A DNA stretch of 64,000 nucleotides from Candidatus Iainarchaeum sp. (GCA_043809245.1 JAZDDZ010000047.1:43223-107222); one strand, 5' to 3'. Shown: positions 1-9,845, counted from the stretch's first letter. Notes: generated by a model not told the origin, from the letters alone. Program-made: numbers and translations.

Positions 1-785
1 TTTGCGAGTGCGGGGTTTTTGGCTATGATTATGGGGATTTGGGTTTTTTTGAGGAAGATGTTGTCGAATAAGTGTTTGACGTCCAGGTCTTGGATGTTTT
101 TGGTTTTGGAGAAAAAGCCGTTGATTTCTTTCATGAGGCTTTTCGGGTAAAAGGCTTGAAGCACTAAGTCGCCCATTGCAATGATGTCGTTGTCTCCGTA
201 GTTGACTCCGCTTTTGCTGGAAAAGCCTTGTTTGTTCCAGAATTCAGAGCACCATTTGTCAATGACATTGCTGCCCTTCACTATGCTGTAGATTTTGGCT
301 GTTTTGGGAATAAGCTTTAATTTTTCGTATTCTTTCATTGAAAGGAAAAGCGGCAGCCAGTAGTGCTGCCACTGCCAGGCAATTGCTTCCCCGTCCCCGG
401 GATAATTTGTGACAAAAAAATCCAAAATGAACTTGTCTGCTTCATGCATTGATTCAAAGGAAAACGAGGACTCGCTAAAAGAAGGCGAAGCCTTTTTATC
501 AAAGTAAGCCGAGTGAATGGAGTGGCTTGCGTTTTTGAGCTCTTCAATCCACTTCCTGTTCAGCGAATAATTTTTTTCGCTTTTTTCAAGCACTCCATCC
601 AATACAAGCTGTGAAATGATTTTATGCGTTGCCTGGTAAGAAGAAGAAAAACCATTGCCCTTTGCCAAAGCGTTATGGATTTTGCGCGCTGAAAGAGGCC
701 ATTCATTGCTCAGCAAGGAAATAACCTTATCCCTTGTAGAGGAAGCCTTTCCATTCAGTTGTGGAACAATAAAACCCGACGCCAA
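1..785 (-). CDS. Winged-helix protein with long C-terminal domain (partial, runs off window start)
   Basis: Not in the ORF track. Manual translation from TTG 785 gives MASGFIVPQLNGKASSTRDKVISLLSNEWPLSARKIHNAL...SYQATHKIISQL...YSLNRKWIEEL, open to base 1. Shares the EWPLS motif with 3898..4266. Confidence 0.75.
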   Translation of the reverse strand, partial: MASGFIVPQLNGKASSTRDKVISLLSNEWPLSARKIHNALAKGNGFSSSYQATHKIISQLVLDGVLEKSEKNYSLNRKWIEELKNASHSIHSAYFDKKASPSFSESSFSFESMHEADKFILDFFVTNYPGDGEAIAWQWQHYWLPLFLSMKEYEKLKLIPKTAKIYSIVKGSNVIDKWCSEFWNKQGFSSKSGVNYGDNDIIAMGDLVLQAFYPKSLMKEINGFFSKTKNIQDLDVKHLFDNIFLKKTQIPIIIAKNPALA

Positions 786-956
786 AAAAAACCACACCTG
801 AAATATATACATAAACGGAAAAGAATAAAAGCAGCTTTCCGCGAAAAAAACAATGAAAAAACGGCTTTAAATGGGTTTAATTGGCTAATAAAGCGCTTTT
901 AGGGCTTTTTCGGAAATCAACTTTTTGGTTGATTTTTTCCTGGGCGAAGCGTTGAT

Positions 957-1265
957 TTATTTTGCCAGGTTTTTCAGCTCTTCGTTTAGGTCTTCAATTG
1001 AATACTGTGATTTGAAGCCTTTTTTAACCAGGTATTGCTCTAGTTCCCAGACCGTTGAATTTGACAGCTCCGCTGCCATGCTTATTGTTATTTTTCCCGC
1101 CATATAGTTTTCTGCTGCCTTTTTTTTGACATAATCGCCGTAACCTTCCTCTAACAGCAGGCGGATTATCGTTGACCTGTCAAAGTGCTCTGCTTTGCTT
1201 AGCCGGTCTATTTTTTCCAAAAGCCCTTTGTCAAGCCTTATCCCTATTGCCTTTGCTTTCTCCAT
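957..1265 (-). CDS. RHH + UPF0175-type antitoxin
   Basis: IGIRLDKGLLEKIDRL..DRSTIIRLLL (RHH) and Y.AGKITISMAAEL (UPF0175 HTH). Start trimmed to ATG 1265. Overlaps the upstream PIN gene. Confidence 0.75.
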   Translation of the reverse strand: MEKAKAIGIRLDKGLLEKIDRLSKAEHFDRSTIIRLLLEEGYGDYVKKKAAENYMAGKITISMAAELSNSTVWELEQYLVKKGFKSQYSIEDLNEELKNLAK

Positions 1266-1767
1266 TTTTTTCCACCTCCAGCAGTATTTTGTCAAGCACT
1301 TGGCTGCCGAACCAGCCAATCTTCCTCAGCTTGTTCAGCGCCTCAGCGGTTTTGCCCGAATCAATTGCCTTGACCTTGAAAAGCGCCAGGATAATTGAAG
1401 GGGTTCCAATCAAGTTAAGCCCCAAAACCGCCTTTTTGCTTCTTACATTGTCGTCATCCGAAACCAATAAGCCGGCATTCTCCTGCCAGTAAAGCGCAAC
1501 TGCCTCCGCCTCGCCCCCGAAAATGTTGAAGTTATTCGCATTTTTAACTAGCTGTTTTTTTGACACCCCTTTAACCTTAATCCATTTCTCTTTAACCAGG
1601 CGCTCAATCAGAAAAGAGTCGGCATAGCCCTTTTCTTTTCCCGTACTCACTGCTTCGGCAAAAACAAGTTCAGGGATAAGTACCTCCTTGAAATGGCGGC
1701 AGCTCTTCTCAAGCAGGGAAATCTTCGCCAAATGAATCAAAACCATTGCGTCATTTACAACAAGCAC
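1231..1767 (-). CDS. PIN-domain toxin (DUF3368-like)
   Basis: VVNDAMVLIHLAKI, IPELVFAE, GEAEAVAL, LVSDD, GLNLIGT. Start trimmed to GTG 1767. Confidence 0.8.
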   Translation of the reverse strand: MLVVNDAMVLIHLAKISLLEKSCRHFKEVLIPELVFAEAVSTGKEKGYADSFLIERLVKEKWIKVKGVSKKQLVKNANNFNIFGGEAEAVALYWQENAGLLVSDDDNVRSKKAVLGLNLIGTPSIILALFKVKAIDSGKTAEALNKLRKIGWFGSQVLDKILLEVEKNGESKGNRDKA

Positions 1768-2042
1768 AGTCTCTGTAATACAATGTGCACAATGTATATA
1801 TATTCTTTTCGTTTGGTGTTTAAAGGATAGGCGCCAACCTTTGCCTATAGCTTTTGGGAACCGCATGCGCGATTCTTTCTTTTTGAAGAACAATTTTGGT
1901 TTAAATCTTTCTTTTAAAAGAAAGATATGCTTGCAAGGCATAATGCCTGCCGTGTATTCAAATTCAATGCTGCTTTTGGGCTTTTTTATCTGTGACTCTA
2001 AAAGCTCTTTTTCTTTCAATGACTGCAATAAATTATTTATAA

Positions 2043-2066
2043 AGGTTTCAATAAACGTTGAAACCT
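2043..2066. promoter_or_regulatory. 9-bp perfect inverted repeat (candidate operator)
   Basis: AGGTTTCAA-TAAACG-TTGAAACCT in a divergent promoter region. Confidence 0.5.
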
Positions 2067-2097
2067 ATAAAAACAGGCGCAAATCCCTCCAGCTAAA

Positions 2098-2135
2098 GTA
2101 TCACTTTTTAGTGATACTATCACTATTTAGTGATA
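2098..2135. promoter_or_regulatory. Tandem palindromic operators upstream of the AbiEi-like gene
   Basis: GTATCACT-TTTT-AGTGATAC then TATCACTA-TT-TAGTGATA, directly before a TATA-like CTTTAAAA. Confidence 0.7.
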
Positions 2136-2167
2136 CCTTTAAAAGCTTGTTTGCGCATGGTTTTTGT

Positions 2168-2770
2168 ATGAAGCTGACTTCAAAGAAGACGTATAAGGTC
2201 ATTTATTTTTTGCTTGGGAACAGGGGTTTTACGCAGCTGCAGGCTTCAAGGGAGTTGGGCGTTTCTTTCGGGCTCGTTAACCGTGTCGTTCAGTGGCTTG
2301 TAAGCAAAAGGTTCGTTGAGAAACAGAAAAACGGCTATTATTTGACTGACCCTTCGGGTTTGGCTGCATTGTTCGCGTTTAACCGTGACATGAATTCTTT
2401 GCTGGCGGAAAAAATTCTTTTGGCTCTGCCTAAAGCAGGTGCTTTGGAAAGGATTCCGAAAAACTGCGTTTTGTGCCTTGACTCTGCTTTGGAGAATTAT
2501 TCCGGCTATTATCGCTCTAACCGCGTGTGCGTTTACGCTGAAGGCAATAAAGAGTTGAAGGAAATCGGAAAGGCGTTTCAGGGGGAGCCGAAGGGAAACA
2601 CCGAGTTATGGGTTTTCAAGCCAGACCTTGAACCTGAAACCGTTAAATTAAAGGGAAGGCTGGTGGTCTCCAAGCTTAGGACTTTGATTGACTTGGTTTG
2701 CGACAATAAAACATTTTATGCAAAAGACCTTTTCAAAGAACTGTGGGGGGTTGAATTGCTTGAATCATGA
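2168..2770 (+). CDS. wHTH + AbiEi-like antitoxin (type IV TA)
   Basis: N-terminal HTH FTQLQASRELGVSFGLVNRVV; C-terminal VVSKLRTLIDL. Precedes a nucleotidyltransferase. Start trimmed to ATG 2168. Confidence 0.6.
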   Translation: MKLTSKKTYKVIYFLLGNRGFTQLQASRELGVSFGLVNRVVQWLVSKRFVEKQKNGYYLTDPSGLAALFAFNRDMNSLLAEKILLALPKAGALERIPKNCVLCLDSALENYSGYYRSNRVCVYAEGNKELKEIGKAFQGEPKGNTELWVFKPDLEPETVKLKGRLVVSKLRTLIDLVCDNKTFYAKDLFKELWGVELLES

Positions 2771-3107
2771 AACTTTTGGCTATGGCTTAGAGGCAACGCA
2801 GAAATCATTCAAGGAACTGGAGGGCTTAGCCGCATGGCTGAACATCCACGGCCATTCGCCTATAGTCATAGGCGGCTGGGCAACTTTTTTTTATGTGAAG
2901 GGAATGGGAAGCAGGGACATTGACTTGATTCTTCCGAAAACCGCTCTGCCTGCAATTCAAAAACAGCAATTGAACGCAAAGATTTGGAAAGACGAGCAGG
3001 ACATCAAGGCGCTTCTTGCATTGCCGTTGGATCAGGAAAAGCTTGAAGAATTGCTTAAAAAAACAGGGTTCAAGGAAGAATATGAAAACGCGGCAAGCCA
3101 ACTCTAA
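2751..3107 (+). pseudogene. AbiEii-like nucleotidyltransferase, apparently internally deleted
   Basis: IVIGGWA...SRDIDL is joined almost directly to the C-terminal KDEQDIKALL motif; only about 118 aa. Confidence 0.55.
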
Positions 3108-3122
3108 TGCTGCCCAGTAAGC

Positions 3123-3162
3123 CCGCTATAGGCTTTCCTTGTCTCCCCGCTGAATTTGTTCA
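3123..3162. repeat. Direct repeat of 3941..3980 (displaced 3' part of the wHTH gene)
   Basis: 36/40 identical. Minus strand reads NKFSGETRKAYSG versus DKFSGETRKAYGG. Confidence 0.85.
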
Positions 3163-3183
3163 GCCCATCCCATTGCCTGCAAT

Positions 3184-3873
3184 TCACTTAAACCCTATTA
3201 TTATTGAAGAGTTGAGGTTTCTGTACGCCACTTCGGTTTTAAAGCCCGCGGCGTTCAGGAATTTGAGGTTATTGTTGAGTGAGGCGTATTGGTGGTGCTT
3301 GCCGTCAATTGAGAGTATTTTGTCCCTGAATTCTTTTCCGTTTTCTTTTTCCATGTGGCCAGCCCATTTTGAATGGAGGTACTCATTCAATTCTTTTGAA
3401 TCGCTTGCCATTACATCCGCTAAAATGAATGCCCCGCCCTGTTTTAATGAATCGTAAACTTTTTTGTAAGCCTTTTGCTTGTCTGCATCGGAGAGGTGAT
3501 GGTAAACAATGGAGCTTACCGCCAAATCAAACTCGTTTTTCCTGTCAAGGTTAATCACGTCATCGCAGACAGCCTTGAAGTCAAATCCCTTGAATCTTTT
3601 GTTTGCGCATTCCGCCATTTTATCCGAAACATCAAATGCCAATACGCTTGCCTTTGGCTTGGCTTCCAGGGCTGCCTTGCTGGTGTTCCCTGTTCCAGCC
3701 CCCAAATCCAATATTCTCGGCGACTCTGAATGCCCGCAGAACAGGTTAACCATTTCCCTGATTGTTGAAACCATTTCAGCATAGGATATAACGGTTCCAT
3801 GCACGAATGACTCGTATTCTTCCACTCTTTTGTTGAAAAGTTCCTTTGTTTTTTCCTTGTTCTCATTAGCCAT
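3184..3873 (-). CDS. Class I SAM-dependent methyltransferase
   Basis: ILDLGAGTG, FDLAVSSIVYHH, LKQGGAFILAD. Confidence 0.9.
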   Translation of the reverse strand: MANENKEKTKELFNKRVEEYESFVHGTVISYAEMVSTIREMVNLFCGHSESPRILDLGAGTGNTSKAALEAKPKASVLAFDVSDKMAECANKRFKGFDFKAVCDDVINLDRKNEFDLAVSSIVYHHLSDADKQKAYKKVYDSLKQGGAFILADVMASDSKELNEYLHSKWAGHMEKENGKEFRDKILSIDGKHHQYASLNNNLKFLNAAGFKTEVAYRNLNSSIIIGFK

Positions 3874-3897
3874 GTCATTCCCCCCAAAAACTTTTTT

Positions 3898-4266
3898 TTA
3901 AAATTTTTTAGAACGTTCAAGCAATTGGTTTGCCGGTTCACCGCCATAGGCTTTTCTTGTTTCCCCGCTGAATTTGTCCAATCTTTCCAGCCACTCCGCG
4001 TCAAGCAGATAAAGCGACTGCTCTTTGCAAAGGATTCCCTCGCGCAAAAGTTTTCGCGCGGCCTTGTGGATGCCTTGAAAGCTCACGTTCACAGCATGCC
4101 TGCGGTTGATGCGGTAATGCATGTCCCTCAAAGACAAAGGCCATTCGCGCGCAAGAATCAACACAATCAAATCCGCAACTGTTTTCTTTCCCGCGCTGAC
4201 CTGCGGCAGTTTCAGCGTTGAATCAGCTGTTGCTCCGTTTAATAGTTCGCCGGAAAAACTCGCCAT
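3898..4266 (-). CDS. Winged-helix DNA-binding protein
   Basis: EWPLSLRDMH..VSFQGIHKAARKLLREGIL..YLLDAEWL; paralog of 1..785. Confidence 0.7.
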   Translation of the reverse strand: MASFSGELLNGATADSTLKLPQVSAGKKTVADLIVLILAREWPLSLRDMHYRINRRHAVNVSFQGIHKAARKLLREGILCKEQSLYLLDAEWLERLDKFSGETRKAYGGEPANQLLERSKKF

Positions 4267-4343
4267 ACAATAAATTCGGTTTAGCGAATTAATATGGGTT
4301 TGGTTGAAAAAAGTTCAACTAAAAGGTTGAGGTTTTTCTGCCT

Positions 4344-4967
4344 TTAAAGCACAACCCTCGCGTCAACCGCTATCGCTTTTTTCTCGTTCACGAATAAGGG
4401 GTTGATGTCCAATTCTTTGATTTTTTCTTCCATCATTAAATCGCTGACCCTTAACAGCACGTCTTCAAGTGCTTTGCGGTTCACGGGCTTCTGTCCCCTA
4501 AATTCGCCTAAAACCTTTGCGCCCTTGATTTCGGAAATCATTTTCCGCGCTTCCTTGCGGTCAATTGGGCAAACGCGCAAAGAAAAGTCCTTGAAAACCT
4601 CAGTGAAAATTCCCCCCAATCCAAACAAGATTGTGGGCCCGAACTGTTCGTCCAGTTTTCCCCCGACAATGAGCTCGCGGCCTTGCTCCATGTGCTGGAC
4701 TTGCGCTGCCTCAAAGCCTTGAATGCGTTTTAATGACTTGAAGGCATGAATTGCTTCGCCAAGCGAGTGAATGTGCAGTTTTACTCCCCCTACATCTGAT
4801 TTATGCGATACCTTGGAGCTAACCAGTTTCAATGCAAGCGGATAGGATGCAAGCTTTTTAACGGCTTTCTGGAGCTCTAACTCGTCTTTCACGCGAATGA
4901 ATTCAACGCACGGAATATAGTGTTTTTTCAAGAGCTTCATTGAGGCATTCAGGTCAAGTGTCGGCAT
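4344..4967 (-). CDS. acdB: Acetate--CoA ligase (ADP-forming) beta / ATP-grasp subunit
   Basis: YPLALKLVS..HKSDVGGV, QFGPTILFGLGGIFTEVFKD, ELDINPL..AVDARV. Confidence 0.85.
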   Translation of the reverse strand: MPTLDLNASMKLLKKHYIPCVEFIRVKDELELQKAVKKLASYPLALKLVSSKVSHKSDVGGVKLHIHSLGEAIHAFKSLKRIQGFEAAQVQHMEQGRELIVGGKLDEQFGPTILFGLGGIFTEVFKDFSLRVCPIDRKEARKMISEIKGAKVLGEFRGQKPVNRKALEDVLLRVSDLMMEEKIKELDINPLFVNEKKAIAVDARVVL

Positions 4968-5076
4968 AAGTGATTCCTTAAGAGATAAAAGCGCTGGAAT
5001 ATTTAAAGCTATTCGCGGACCACAATGCACCCAAAGCCCAAAGGCAGGATGCAGGGGCAAAGGTTTAAAAAGATAA

Positions 5077-5116
5077 TGTTATCTATTTCTAACATAGTGT
5101 TAGAATAAAATAACTT
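5077..5116. promoter_or_regulatory. Paired TGTTA-N8-TAAC(A) operators for the XRE operon
   Basis: TGTTAtctatttcTAACA and TGTTAgaataaaaTAAC upstream of 5151. Confidence 0.55.
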
Positions 5117-5150
5117 TTAGTTGTTTGCTTCTAACATTGGAGGTGTTTGG

Positions 5151-5573
5151 ATGAAGCATGATTTGAGGGTTCTGATCGGGCTTGCAGTGGTTGTCCTGGT
5201 TGTTGCCTCGCTTGCGGTTTATTTGGCGAGTGTAGGGTCTGCCAATTCATCGGAATTGGTGCTTGTGATAGTTGCTTTGGTTATTGTTTTCGGCGCAGTG
5301 GTTTTTTTGCGCGACAGGATAAAGAGCTCGCGTGAAGGCCTTCCGGCTGAGGATGAGCTTTCCAGAAGAGCCGTGCATAAGGCAGGCTATTATGCGTATT
5401 TTGCCTCAATCTATACTGCGTTGGGGGCAATGTTCATCAATGATTTTCTGGTTGGCGAATCCGGTTTCCAGGGAATTGATGCAGGCCAGCTTTCGGGAAT
5501 AGTCATTCTTGTTCCCGCGATTGTGTTCATGGCCTTTGCCTTGTATTTCAGGCATAAGGGCGCGGTTGAGTAG
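5151..5573 (+). CDS. DUF2178-like membrane protein
   Basis: Four hydrophobic segments, EDELSRR..KAGYYAY; paired with an XRE HTH gene. Confidence 0.7.
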   Translation: MKHDLRVLIGLAVVVLVVASLAVYLASVGSANSSELVLVIVALVIVFGAVVFLRDRIKSSREGLPAEDELSRRAVHKAGYYAYFASIYTALGAMFINDFLVGESGFQGIDAGQLSGIVILVPAIVFMAFALYFRHKGAVE

Positions 5574-5580
5574 TGGTGCA

Positions 5581-5772
5581 ATGAAAACTCGGATTAAGGA
5601 GTTCAGGGCGCGGCATAACTTAACACAGGAAGAGCTTGCGAAAAAGGTTGGCGTGAGAAGGGAGACGATTGTTTTCATTGAGAGCGGGAAATACAATCCC
5701 TCTCTCAGGCTTGCGCATGATGTTGCAAAGGCTTTGAAGGCATCAATTGACGAGCTTTTCATTTTTGATTAG
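5581..5772 (+). CDS. XRE-family HTH regulator
   Basis: [41 protein letters not shown]. Confidence 0.9.
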   Translation: MKTRIKEFRARHNLTQEELAKKVGVRRETIVFIESGKYNPSLRLAHDVAKALKASIDELFIFD

Positions 5773-5822
5773 CCGGAAAACTAAATATTTAAACTTACTG
5801 CAATTGAATATTTGCTGATATA

Positions 5823-7088
5823 ATGCATAAAATCAAGTTTTTGGGAGCTGCAAGAGAGGTCGGCAGGAGCTGTTTTTTGGTTGATGTGGGGGAAAAAATC
5901 CTGTTGGATGACGGGGTGAAGCTTTCCTCTGAGGAAACCCAGTACCCTTTGCCTGTGAAAGTTAATTTGGACGCGGCAATCATTTCACACGCGCACCTGG
6001 ACCATTCAGGCAACTTGCCATACTTATTCAACGGCCCCCCATGCCTAACCTATATGACTGCTCCAACGCTTGACTTGGCGAAAATGCTTTGGTTTGACTC
6101 GTTAAAAATAGCGGGCCTCGAGGGAATGGATGCGGGTTTTTCAAAGGAAGAAATACGGCGCACGGAAAAATACACTTTTGCATTGAATTACAACAAGCAC
6201 ATGGACATCAAGGGAAAGGTTTCAATGGAGTTCTTTGACGCAGGCCACATTTTAGGCAGCGCCATAACAAAGCTGCACATTGGAAAAAAATCCTTGGTTT
6301 ACACCGGAGACTTCAAGCCAGAGGAAACAAGGCTTCACAATGGCGCGGACTTAAACCGCGTGGGTTCCTGCGATTACTTGATTACTGAAAGCACTTACGG
6401 CAACCGCGAACACGGAGAAAGAAAGCAAACGGAGAAAGAATTTGTTGAGGATGTGCAGGACACGATTGACCGCGGAGGCCATGCCCTGGTTGCGGCTTTT
6501 GCGGTTGGAAGAAGCCAGGAAATAGTTGACATTTTAAACGAATACCACATTAACGCGCCGATTTATTATGACGGAATGTGCCAAAAAGCCGCGAACATTT
6601 ATATGAATTTCCCCAAATGGGTGAAAAACCCTTCCTTTCTCAAAAAAGCGTTAAAGAGAGTGACTTGGGTTAGGCGTGAAAAAGACAGAAAGGAAGCGTT
6701 AAAGCAGCCCTCAGTTGTTGTAACAACTAGCGGAATGCTGCAGGGAGGCCCGATTTACGCCTATCTTCCCTCGGTTTACAGGGATCACAATTCCAAGTTA
6801 ATGCTTACAGGCTACCAAGTGAAAGGCACGCCCGGCAGCATACTGCTTGACACTGGCAGAATTCAATTGAACGGAATTGACGCGGAAGTGAAAATGCGCG
6901 TTGAAAAGTTTGATTTTTCGGCCCACGCCGGAAAAGCCGAGTTAATGCGTGCAACGAAAAAGTTTTCCCCTGAAAAGATTTTCTGCGTGCACGGAGACGA
7001 AGAGGTCTCGGAGTTTTTTGTGAGGGAATTGCGCGCGGAAGGCTTTAACGCAATAGCGCCAAAACAGGGAGAGGAACTTCCACTATGA
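5823..7088 (+). CDS. Beta-CASP metallo-beta-lactamase ribonuclease
   Basis: GAAREVGRSC, SHAHLDHSG, AGHILGS, ESTYG, FSAH, VHG. Confidence 0.9.
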   Translation: MHKIKFLGAAREVGRSCFLVDVGEKILLDDGVKLSSEETQYPLPVKVNLDAAIISHAHLDHSGNLPYLFNGPPCLTYMTAPTLDLAKMLWFDSLKIAGLEGMDAGFSKEEIRRTEKYTFALNYNKHMDIKGKVSMEFFDAGHILGSAITKLHIGKKSLVYTGDFKPEETRLHNGADLNRVGSCDYLITESTYGNREHGERKQTEKEFVEDVQDTIDRGGHALVAAFAVGRSQEIVDILNEYHINAPIYYDGMCQKAANIYMNFPKWVKNPSFLKKALKRVTWVRREKDRKEALKQPSVVVTTSGMLQGGPIYAYLPSVYRDHNSKLMLTGYQVKGTPGSILLDTGRIQLNGIDAEVKMRVEKFDFSAHAGKAELMRATKKFSPEKIFCVHGDEEVSEFFVRELRAEGFNAIAPKQGEELPL

Positions 7089-7867
7089 AGCTATCCGAAG
7101 CGCTCATTGATTCACTGCGATTGCTTTTAAAGGAACCCAAACTTTTTTTACCAAAACTTTTTGTTGCAGCGATTTACGGTTTTTTAATGCTTTGGAGCGC
7201 GGCAATAGCCCTGGGCCTTTTCAATGCGGTTGCGCAAGGGCAGGGCGCTTCAATTGCATTGGCTTCGCTGCTGCCGGAAACCGCTTTGTTTTTCCTTTCA
7301 ATTTTTGCTGCATTCATAATTGACGTTTTCGTTTCCGCAATGTACCCTTCGCTTGCAAAAAACTTTGAGGCAAAGGAAAAAGTTTCGCTTTCAATGGCGC
7401 TTGGCTTTTCACTGAAAAAATCCGCGGTTGTTTTGCCTGCAGCGTTTTTCGCGTTAATTGTTTCAATAGCATTGATTGCAATCCCCTCGGTTTTTTTTGG
7501 CTTCCTTCTTGCAACAGCTTCAATGGAGCTGGTTTGGCTTTCCATTCCCGTGGAGCTAGCGATAATTTTTGCGACTGACTTCATTTTCTTTTATCTTTTC
7601 GCAGAGGCAGTCCTCGGTAAAGGAAATTTTCTAGGCGCTGTTGGAAAAGCCTTTGGCTTGAGCGGCAAAAACAAAAAGCTGACAGCAATTGCCGCACTGA
7701 TTCCGTTCAGCGTTTCACTCATGAATTACGCGCTTGCTTTTCTCGCGGAAACCCCTGCTTTTCTTTTCCTTTTCATTTTGATGCGCTTCTTCATGGGCTT
7801 GTTGGCTGCTTACGCCGCAATAGTGAGCCCTACAATTTACCTCGGGCTGGAAAGCCAAAAAAAGTAA
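7085..7867 (+). CDS. Multi-pass membrane protein
   Basis: About six hydrophobic helices; ATGA overlap with the upstream gene. Confidence 0.7.
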   Translation: MKLSEALIDSLRLLLKEPKLFLPKLFVAAIYGFLMLWSAAIALGLFNAVAQGQGASIALASLLPETALFFLSIFAAFIIDVFVSAMYPSLAKNFEAKEKVSLSMALGFSLKKSAVVLPAAFFALIVSIALIAIPSVFFGFLLATASMELVWLSIPVELAIIFATDFIFFYLFAEAVLGKGNFLGAVGKAFGLSGKNKKLTAIAALIPFSVSLMNYALAFLAETPAFLFLFILMRFFMGLLAAYAAIVSPTIYLGLESQKK

Positions 7868-7911
7868 TGTTTATATACTTATATATGTATAGATTTGTAT
7901 AGTGTGTTTTT

Positions 7912-8184
7912 GTGAAAAGCGGTTTAACAGGCACTGTACTGCATTACCCTCGCCTTGACACTGTACTGATGGTTGAAGATGCAATTAGGGTTGCAAAGGA
8001 TTATCCTTCCAAGAACGCGCTTTGGAGAAGCCTTCCAAGGCAGGTCCAATACCAAACTTTTAACGTTATACTGGAGTACCTTGAAAAATCCAATAAAATA
8101 ACTTACATCAAGTCAGGCGGGCTGATGTGGATTGGCTCAAACCAGAAGCTTGACAGCCTTGTGAAAAAGGGAAAGGAACTTTGA
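7912..8184 (+). CDS. Small wHTH protein, putative antitoxin
   Basis: HYPRLDTVLMVE..LWRSLPRQVQYQTFNVILEYLEKSNKI; coupled to a RelE-like gene. Confidence 0.6.
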   Translation: MKSGLTGTVLHYPRLDTVLMVEDAIRVAKDYPSKNALWRSLPRQVQYQTFNVILEYLEKSNKITYIKSGGLMWIGSNQKLDSLVKKGKEL

Positions 8185-8528
8185 TGTTCAGGGTAATTTC
8201 CTCGGATAGCTTTGAAAAAGAGCTGCAGGGGCTTAAGGAAAGGGCGAAACAGGGAGAAAATGAAAGCATTCAACTGCTGAAGCTGATTGACAAAGGCGTT
8301 GAAAAACTGAAATATGACTTTAAATACGGAGACCACATTTCAAAGGAAAAGATTCCAAGGGAATACAAGGAAAAATTTGGCGTTGAAAACCTGTGGAAGC
8401 TTGATTTAAGTTCTTTCTGGAGAATGATTTACACTGTAAGAGGCACTGAAATAGAGGTAATGTCAATTGTGCTTGAAGTGCTTGACCATAAAAAGTATGA
8501 CAGAAAATTCGGCTATAAAACCAGCTAA
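8184..8528 (+). CDS. RelE-fold toxin-like protein
   Basis: NLWKLDLSSFWRMIYTV..VLDHKKYDRKFGY. Confidence 0.7.
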   Translation: MFRVISSDSFEKELQGLKERAKQGENESIQLLKLIDKGVEKLKYDFKYGDHISKEKIPREYKEKFGVENLWKLDLSSFWRMIYTVRGTEIEVMSIVLEVLDHKKYDRKFGYKTS

Positions 8529-8544
8529 AATAAGGTGAAAAAAT

Positions 8545-9249
8545 TTGAATGAATTCTGCCCGCGCTGCGGTTCAACTGAAGGCCCTTTCTTCAAGGGCTT
8601 TTGCCAGAAATGCTTTCTGGGGCAAAATGAATTGATTCAGATAGAGCCTGAGCTGCGCGTAAAGCACTGCACGCGCTGCGGAAGAGTGCAGTTAACCGGA
8701 AGATGGCAGGAACAGGAAAGCCTTGCATTGGCAGGATTGGTCAAGTCAAAGGTAAAGCCTGCGCATGCCTTAAATCCTTCAATCGAAGTGGAGCTGATTC
8801 CCCTTGAAAACGGCTCAAGCAAGGCGCTGATTGAAGTGGAAGGCGAAGTAGAGGGGAAAAAAATTGTTGCGGAAAAAGAAGTGCTTGTAAAGCCAGAGAA
8901 AACAATCTGCGATGCATGCATGCGCCTTTCAAGCGATTACCGGGAAGCAGTGCTGCAGGTAAGGTTTGAGGAAACGCCCTCGCAGAAAAGGTTTGATGAA
9001 ATGGTCAGGGAAGTAGAGGGTGTTTTAATGCAGCTGCAGAAAAAGGACGCGCTTGCAAAGGCAGTTAAAATTTCCAAAGAGCAGAAAGGCGTTGACTTCT
9101 GGATCGGCTCAAAGCGCGGCGGAAAAATCGCGGCAGAAAAGCTCGCAAAAAAATATTCGTCAAAAGTTGTCCGTTCCTCAACGCTCACGGGCGTTGACAA
9201 GAAAGGAAAGGCAAAAAAAAGATTCACTTTCTGCGTGCGCGTGAAATGA
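8545..9249 (+). CDS. nmd3: NMD3 family protein
   Basis: FCPRCG, CQKC, CTRCG, CDAC..EAVLQVR. Confidence 0.85.
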   Translation: MNEFCPRCGSTEGPFFKGFCQKCFLGQNELIQIEPELRVKHCTRCGRVQLTGRWQEQESLALAGLVKSKVKPAHALNPSIEVELIPLENGSSKALIEVEGEVEGKKIVAEKEVLVKPEKTICDACMRLSSDYREAVLQVRFEETPSQKRFDEMVREVEGVLMQLQKKDALAKAVKISKEQKGVDFWIGSKRGGKIAAEKLAKKYSSKVVRSSTLTGVDKKGKAKKRFTFCVRVK

Positions 9250-9259
9250 GCAGAAAGTG

Positions 9260-9535
9260 TTACTGCCTAAATTCGTAAGCGCTGTCGTGATGCCCAAACT
9301 TAAGCAAAACCACGGCATTCTCTTTTTCTTTTATTGAATAAATCAAAACAAAGCTTTTCATTATGTGAACCCTCCTGACGCCGTGAAGAGGCGCGTGCAT
9401 TGGCTTGAACCTGTGTGGCTCGTTCAGAATCTGCTTAACTTTGCGGTCAATGGCTTTTTTTAATTCGGAATTTTTTTTGACGGCTTTCTTGTATTCCTTC
9501 TCAAAGGCTTCGGCAGTTTCAAGGTCAAAAGCCAT
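9260..9535 (-). CDS. RelE/YafQ-family mRNA interferase toxin
   Basis: FKPMHAPLHGVRRVHI..FVLIY..LLKFGHHDSAY. Confidence 0.85.
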   Translation of the reverse strand: MAFDLETAEAFEKEYKKAVKKNSELKKAIDRKVKQILNEPHRFKPMHAPLHGVRRVHIMKSFVLIYSIKEKENAVVLLKFGHHDSAYEFRQ

Positions 9536-9539
9536 CAAA

Positions 9540-9845
9540 TCACTTAAGCAATTCTGAAAGGCTTTTTATTTTCCTTGATTTTGATTTGCCGGCGTTTTGC
9601 ACTTCTTTAACAAATTCGGGCTTGTAATTCATCGCATCAACCGGGTGCCAGTCCATTTCATCCATCCATTTCCATTCCTCGGCACTTATCGGTTTTCTTT
9701 CAAGGTATTTCTGAAGAATCTCGACCTTTCTCAATTTTTCTGCTTCTTCCCTGATTGCATTTCTGGCTATTTCAGTCCATTTAATGTTTTGGTGGCCCTT
9801 AACCAGCGATTCAAGTTCCCCGCTTACAGACAAAGTAATATTCAT
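9540..9845 (-). CDS. RHH-type antitoxin
   Basis: NITLSV..IKWTEIARNAI; directly upstream of the toxin; operator palindrome CACATAATTATGTG at 9857..9870. Confidence 0.75.
   Translation of the reverse strand: MNITLSVSGELESLVKGHQNIKWTEIARNAIREEAEKLRKVEILQKYLERKPISAEEWKWMDEMDWHPVDAMNYKPEFVKEVQNAGKSKSRKIKSLSELLK

Noticed and set aside
1768-2167. Long N-terminal extensions of ORFs 1231..2028 and 1841..2770
   Set aside because: They overlap each other and cross promoter and operator DNA; recognisable domains start at 1767 and 2168.
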